In this document: positions 24,981-29,039 of the stretch, piece by piece
Numbering within the stretch: position 1 is the first letter of the stretch
How the letters are laid out: each line of letters opens with the position of its first letter
Virus record (IMG/VR): IMGVR_UViG_3300044580_000453
Coordinates: 1 to 29,039 of that record
Reading direction: 5' to 3' (one strand)
Source of the DNA: a virus
Taxonomy: Duplodnaviria > Caudoviricetes
DNA length: 29,039 bases
The notes under the pieces: model-generated
The model's input: only the letters and a program-made list of their open reading frames with translations
The model's database searches: none
Told to the model about the DNA's origin: nothing
Program-made: the position numbers and the translations under genes

Positions 24981-25604
24981 TTATGGAATATCGTCCAATT
25001 GAACCGTAACCGCGTAAAACGCCCCGTCATGGTAATACTCATCACCTGTCCAACAGTGCATCCACAAATCATGATACCCCGCCGGAATGTTGAACACCGC
25101 TGGCTGTGTTTGATCGAACACCGGCGGCCCCATCACACACCCCTGCTGTCCGCCTGGTGCATGAGCGTTCAGCGCAAACGCCGCAAACAGAAAGTTCAAG
25201 AAATCAAACTGCTCATCGTGACATTCGGCCTTGCCGTCCCAACTGATGGTAACCTGTTTGGGTTGCAGCACATAGAAGAAAAACATCGCTGTCGCCTCTT
25301 GTGCATACTGGTTATCGCCGCCACATGTCACGTCGGTTTCAAAATCAAGCCGAAGCGAAATAAGACTCGACGATGCACTTACTGTCCATGGGCTTGCCGG
25401 AACCTCATTGGTGTTGTAATACTGCCTAAACGCTCCGTCTTGGCCCCCCTTTTTGAACCCAATATCAGTAAACACCCACCCCAGCCAATGCGGCGGGCAA
25501 CATATCGGACACGAACCAAGCACATTGTACACGCCTGCCTTGCCTGATGGCAGGACACCACGCTTTCCGGTATAAAACGAAACCGCCTTCCCAGGTGTTG
25601 GCAT
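24981..25604 (-). CDS. Putative distal tail / receptor-binding-associated protein
   Basis: 207 aa with CPICC followed by an aromatic, beta-rich domain. Lower GC. End of the tail module. Confidence 0.5.
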   Translation of the reverse strand: MPTPGKAVSFYTGKRGVLPSGKAGVYNVLGSCPICCPPHWLGWVFTDIGFKKGGQDGAFRQYYNTNEVPASPWTVSASSSLISLRLDFETDVTCGGDNQYAQEATAMFFFYVLQPKQVTISWDGKAECHDEQFDFLNFLFAAFALNAHAPGGQQGCVMGPPVFDQTQPAVFNIPAGYHDLWMHCWTGDEYYHDGAFYAVTVQLDDIP

Positions 25605-25610
25605 GGTTTA

Positions 25611-26423
25611 TTACTCCGGCTGACAAGCCTCCTGGTCGGCCACCTCGTTGATCCATGCCAGCGACAAAAGATTGATGCTGTTGTAGAACGCGATACCGGC
25701 CGTCGCGGGGATCATGTACCCCACCGATGGGCGTTTCCAAACATGCGGCGAGCTTGTCGGGTTCACCATGATCGCCAAGGTGTTGCCGAAGATGTCTTTG
25801 ACCGTGTATGTCCACGTCGCCGGCGTCGAATCCGTGCCCTGTGAACCGCCGGTCTGCTCCAACTGAACCGGAAAGACCGTACCCTGTCCGCCGCCTGCAC
25901 CCAATCGCACCAGCGCCCAAGAGACCCCGCTTGTGCTCGCACTCCATAGAATCTGTGCGACGCCGCTGTCGCCCGATGATAGACACGACGAGCCCCCTCC
26001 CCCTACATCGGCGTATCGGTGATTCTCACTCAGAAAGTACACCTGGACCGGGCAAACACCGGCAATCCATGCAAGCCCAAGTTGTCCGCTCTTGATCGGC
26101 TCGGCCAGAATCATGAACTTGCCGCGATGATCATTGACGTTTGGCGTCACGCCCACAATGGCCGGCCGGTTTTGGAACTGCTGCAGATTGTCGGTTGGTG
26201 AAATGACCACAGAGTCAATGCCCAAGATTTGGAATCGATCGCGGTCGGCTCCGCTGTTGTTCTTGACCACAATCAGATTACCGTTCTGGCCAGCCGCCAT
26301 GCCGGTCTTTTCAAGATTCAGCATGCGACCTTGGTAATCCAACGCGGCGTCAACAAACGCGTTGTACGCGCTTGCCGGAATCGTCAACAGCTCGCCGGGT
26401 TTGACCTTTCGCAAGTCCGCCAT
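25611..26423 (-). CDS. Putative minor tail protein
   Basis: 270 aa, Gly-rich and beta-rich, second gene after the tape measure and tightly spaced. Confidence 0.6.
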   Translation of the reverse strand: MADLRKVKPGELLTIPASAYNAFVDAALDYQGRMLNLEKTGMAAGQNGNLIVVKNNSGADRDRFQILGIDSVVISPTDNLQQFQNRPAIVGVTPNVNDHRGKFMILAEPIKSGQLGLAWIAGVCPVQVYFLSENHRYADVGGGGSSCLSSGDSGVAQILWSASTSGVSWALVRLGAGGGQGTVFPVQLEQTGGSQGTDSTPATWTYTVKDIFGNTLAIMVNPTSSPHVWKRPSVGYMIPATAGIAFYNSINLLSLAWINEVADQEACQPE

Positions 26424-26425
26424 GG

Positions 26426-27235
26426 TTATATCCCGATGCCTAACAGACTGAAGTCCCCGTATTCGTACACCTGTTCAACGTAGGCCGCCACCGGGCGCCG
26501 CACTAACGCTTTGGCTGTCGCGTCTTCGGTTTCGGCGTATCGAATCCACAGATACTCCCACCCTTTCTTATCGACGCCGGTGATATCACCGATGATGATT
26601 CCCGTTTTGTTCGGCGAGGCGGCGAAACGATAGTTGATCTCCCAGGCCTGAAGACCCCGCTTGGTGCCGGATGCCCCCAGAAACAGCACTTCGCCTTGGG
26701 CAAACCCCTTCCACGAGACGTTGTTCACCTTGCCGGTCAGGTTGAACAACGTGGCCTTGTATGAGGGCGTCACCACACTGCCAGGGAGAAAGTGCGTCTC
26801 ACTGAAATTGTAGACCGGCACGGTGATGTCCACGCCCTCGACGTTGTTGTCCGTGACGGCGATTGCCCCCTTGAAATTGGGCGGGGTGCCGGAAGCCGCA
26901 TAAGACGCCACCGTCTGTAGCGACTGGGTGATATGCTGGGTGCCGCCGCCGGTGTCGAAGCTGAAAACCGGCTCGTTCTCCTGAGGCACAACGTTATACC
27001 GGACCACACCCTCCCAGAGGTCCGGGCCAACCGGCTCAACCGACACGCTTTCTCTCGGCACGAGTACCAGGCCGGTGCCGTAGAGGTCATAGACCGACGG
27101 GCTGGCGGATTCGAGGGCCACCCGCGCATCGACATCGTTGTTCGTGCCATAGACATGAAAGCGCAGCTCGACCGACGGATTGATGCCCATCGTGACCTGC
27201 CGACTCTCGAACTTTTCTTGAATGGTGATGGCCAT
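26426..27235 (-). CDS. Putative distal tail (Dit/hub-like) protein
   Basis: 269 aa immediately after the tape measure. Contains FSFDTGGGTQHITQS, GEVLFLGASG and KKGWEYLW. Confidence 0.65.
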   Translation of the reverse strand: MAITIQEKFESRQVTMGINPSVELRFHVYGTNNDVDARVALESASPSVYDLYGTGLVLVPRESVSVEPVGPDLWEGVVRYNVVPQENEPVFSFDTGGGTQHITQSLQTVASYAASGTPPNFKGAIAVTDNNVEGVDITVPVYNFSETHFLPGSVVTPSYKATLFNLTGKVNNVSWKGFAQGEVLFLGASGTKRGLQAWEINYRFAASPNKTGIIIGDITGVDKKGWEYLWIRYAETEDATAKALVRRPVAAYVEQVYEYGDFSLLGIGI

Positions 27236-27313
27236 ATTAGTTCCTTACTTCGGGACTTCTGTCCATTTTGCGAGCATGTTTTTGAGTCACAAGACGCTTT
27301 GGTTGCGGCCCGC

Positions 27314-27331
27314 AAAAAGGCGGTCCGCCTT
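27314..27331 (-). terminator. Possible intrinsic terminator after the tape measure gene
   Basis: Minus strand AAGGCG-GAC-CGCCTT followed by TTT, overlapping the stop codon. Short loop and short U-tract. Confidence 0.35.
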
Positions 27332-29039
27332 AGGTGAACCTCAGTCCTCCGGTCATCGCGGCATCCGCCAGGCGTTTGGTGTATTTGGCAGTCTGTTCGG
27401 TCGCCTGGGCTGTGCGCTGAGCGGCATCGTTGCCGGCGGCCAGGCCTTGGACGGCGACCGGGTTGAAGGTTCCGGTGATGCTGATCTTGCTCGCAATCAC
27501 GTTTCCGATATCCGCCAAATTGTCCGTCAGGCCACTCCACCATCCACCAGAGCCCGGTGATTCCGGTGCGTTTGGACCGCCTTTGTCGCGGGCCGCCGCC
27601 AGGGCTTCATCCAGCTTGCGTTTGGCTTCATCCAGCGCCTTCTGCGTTTCGGCAATCTTCTCCCCCGACTCTTTGTCCAACGCTTCTTGAGCTTCGTTGA
27701 ACTGCTTGCCGATCTCAACGAGGGTTGCTTGATGCAATTGTTCCGACTTTTCGCGTTCACTTTGGCGACGTTGTTCACGGGCTGCAATGGTCGCTTGCCG
27801 CTGCTGCTCGATCTCGGCATTGGTCGCGGCCAGATCTTGATCGGCCATCTGCTTGGCGGCTTTGACGTCGAAGCTGTCATCGAAGAGGCCTTGCAGCTCG
27901 AGCCATCGTTTCGTGGTCCAATTGACCGCCGTGTTCCAGGCCTTCTTGAAACCGGCTGTAAAGTTCGTCCATGTGGTGGACAGAAATGCTGTCGTTTCAA
28001 TCCATGCGACTTCCAGCGAATGAAATCCATTCTCGGCTGCCGCAAGTGCCCCATACCACATTTCGTGGGCGACGGTCATGAACTTCTTTTTTGCATCAAA
28101 CCAGACTTTCTGAAGAGCCGCTACCCCCTGTTGCCATGCCAGCTTGAGGCCCAGCCACAGGATGTTTGCCGCCTGCGATAGATTCCCCGACTTCAGGGCG
28201 TCAATGATGCCCCCGATCGTCTTTGAGGCTGTATCCGACAATGACGTGAAGGTATCTTTCAGCCAGGATATGGCCTTGCTTCCAAGACCGCTGGTTTTGA
28301 GCAGGGCGACTCCAAGTCCGCCAATTGCCCCCACCACCAGGCCGATCGGCGAAAGCAAAACCCCCAACACCGTGCCGATGGCCCCGAATACGGCAGCGAC
28401 GCCGCTTGCAATGGTCAGCAAGGCCCCGATGACAGACGCGATAGCAGACACTGCAAAACCCAAAGCGATCAGCCCCACGCCGGCCGCAACGACCGCCACC
28501 GCGACCTTGGCAATGGTAACCACCAATGTCTTGTTTTGTTTGATCCAGTTGACTGCGGACACAACGACTTTGGTGAGCGATGCCGCCAGTTGGGTCACCG
28601 ATGGTGCCAAGGCCGAACCAATGGCAAAAACGCCTTGCTTCACCGTCCGCCACAACATGTTGAGCGTATCATTCAATACCGCGGCGTCTTTGGCCGCTTC
28701 TGTCGAGACGGTCAATCCAAGCGACCTGGCCTGTTCCCGCAATTGCTCGATGCCTTTGGCCCCATCCTGCATCATCGGGAGCAACTGCGTGCCCGACTGG
28801 CCGAATAGTTCCATGGCCGCCGACGCCCGCAATGCCGGGTCCTGGATCCGGCTGATCCGATCGGCAATGAAAGAGAATTGTTGCTCGGGAGCCAGGCCCT
28901 GAAGATTTGCGATACTCAATCCAAGCCTGCCAAGGGCATCGCCGGCCGAGTCAGAGCCGTCGGCCGCGCCGCCGATCACCTTCTGCATTCGACGCAGACC
29001 AATTTCAAGCGTTTCCAGGTCCATTCCCGATTGTTCCGC
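27330..29039 (-). CDS. Tail tape measure protein, main part (5' truncated at the window end)
   Basis: The frame is open from 29039 (AEQSGMDLETLE...). Contains AMELFGQSG, an Ala/Gly hydrophobic repeat region (LLSPIGLVV) and a coiled-coil C-terminus. Confidence 0.9.
   Translation of the reverse strand, partial: AEQSGMDLETLEIGLRRMQKVIGGAADGSDSAGDALGRLGLSIANLQGLAPEQQFSFIADRISRIQDPALRASAAMELFGQSGTQLLPMMQDGAKGIEQLREQARSLGLTVSTEAAKDAAVLNDTLNMLWRTVKQGVFAIGSALAPSVTQLAASLTKVVVSAVNWIKQNKTLVVTIAKVAVAVVAAGVGLIALGFAVSAIASVIGALLTIASGVAAVFGAIGTVLGVLLSPIGLVVGAIGGLGVALLKTSGLGSKAISWLKDTFTSLSDTASKTIGGIIDALKSGNLSQAANILWLGLKLAWQQGVAALQKVWFDAKKKFMTVAHEMWYGALAAAENGFHSLEVAWIETTAFLSTTWTNFTAGFKKAWNTAVNWTTKRWLELQGLFDDSFDVKAAKQMADQDLAATNAEIEQQRQATIAAREQRRQSEREKSEQLHQATLVEIGKQFNEAQEALDKESGEKIAETQKALDEAKRKLDEALAAARDKGGPNAPESPGSGGWWSGLTDNLADIGNVIASKISITGTFNPVAVQGLAAGNDAAQRTAQATEQTAKYTKRLADAAMTGGLRFT

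Larger units (their letters stand above)
1..29039 (-). mobile_element. Near-complete temperate tailed phage genome (lambda-like head/tail), circularly permuted, probably of a Planctomycetota host
   Basis: Contiguous replication, packaging, head and tail modules with no host genes. The tape measure gene is split between the two window ends. An attP-like tRNA fragment lies internally. Host assignment is inferred from gene families. Confidence 0.9.

Noticed and set aside
24981-26423. Diversity-generating retroelement or invertible tail-fibre cassette
   Set aside because: No reverse transcriptase, invertase, TR/VR pair or flanking inverted repeats were seen.
27284-27297. GTCTTGTGACT resembling GTCTGTGACT at the start of the 115-bp repeat
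   Set aside because: The match is short and gapped and could be chance, so it is not supportable as a shared operator.

Overview
The window looks like essentially one whole, circularly permuted ~29 kb lambda-type (siphovirus-like) temperate phage genome. The gene set (DUF1580-like excisionase, GpA-type terminase, protease-capsid fusion, DUF2190, HARE-HTH, ParB-methylase) suggests a Planctomycetota host. Nearly all genes are on the minus strand. Read around the circle, the order is: att region (24.1-24.6 kb), excisionase-like gene, recombination module (PD-(D/E)XK nuclease, Sak4-like ATPase, DUF669), RusA, two ParB-like proteins, SF2 helicase, primase-DUF3987, probable ori, cos-like site, ParB-DNA methylase, a three-gene plus-strand insert, terminase, portal, capsid, neck/tail, chaperone with a -1 slippery site, lipoprotein/holin cassette, tape measure (split across the two window ends) and distal tail genes. 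The most striking feature is an attP-like 3' half of tRNA-Pro between two perfect 115-bp direct repeats, next to an excisionase-like gene, while no integrase, CI-type repressor or endolysin is recognisable anywhere. Family assignments come from motif recognition and synteny only; no database searches were run.
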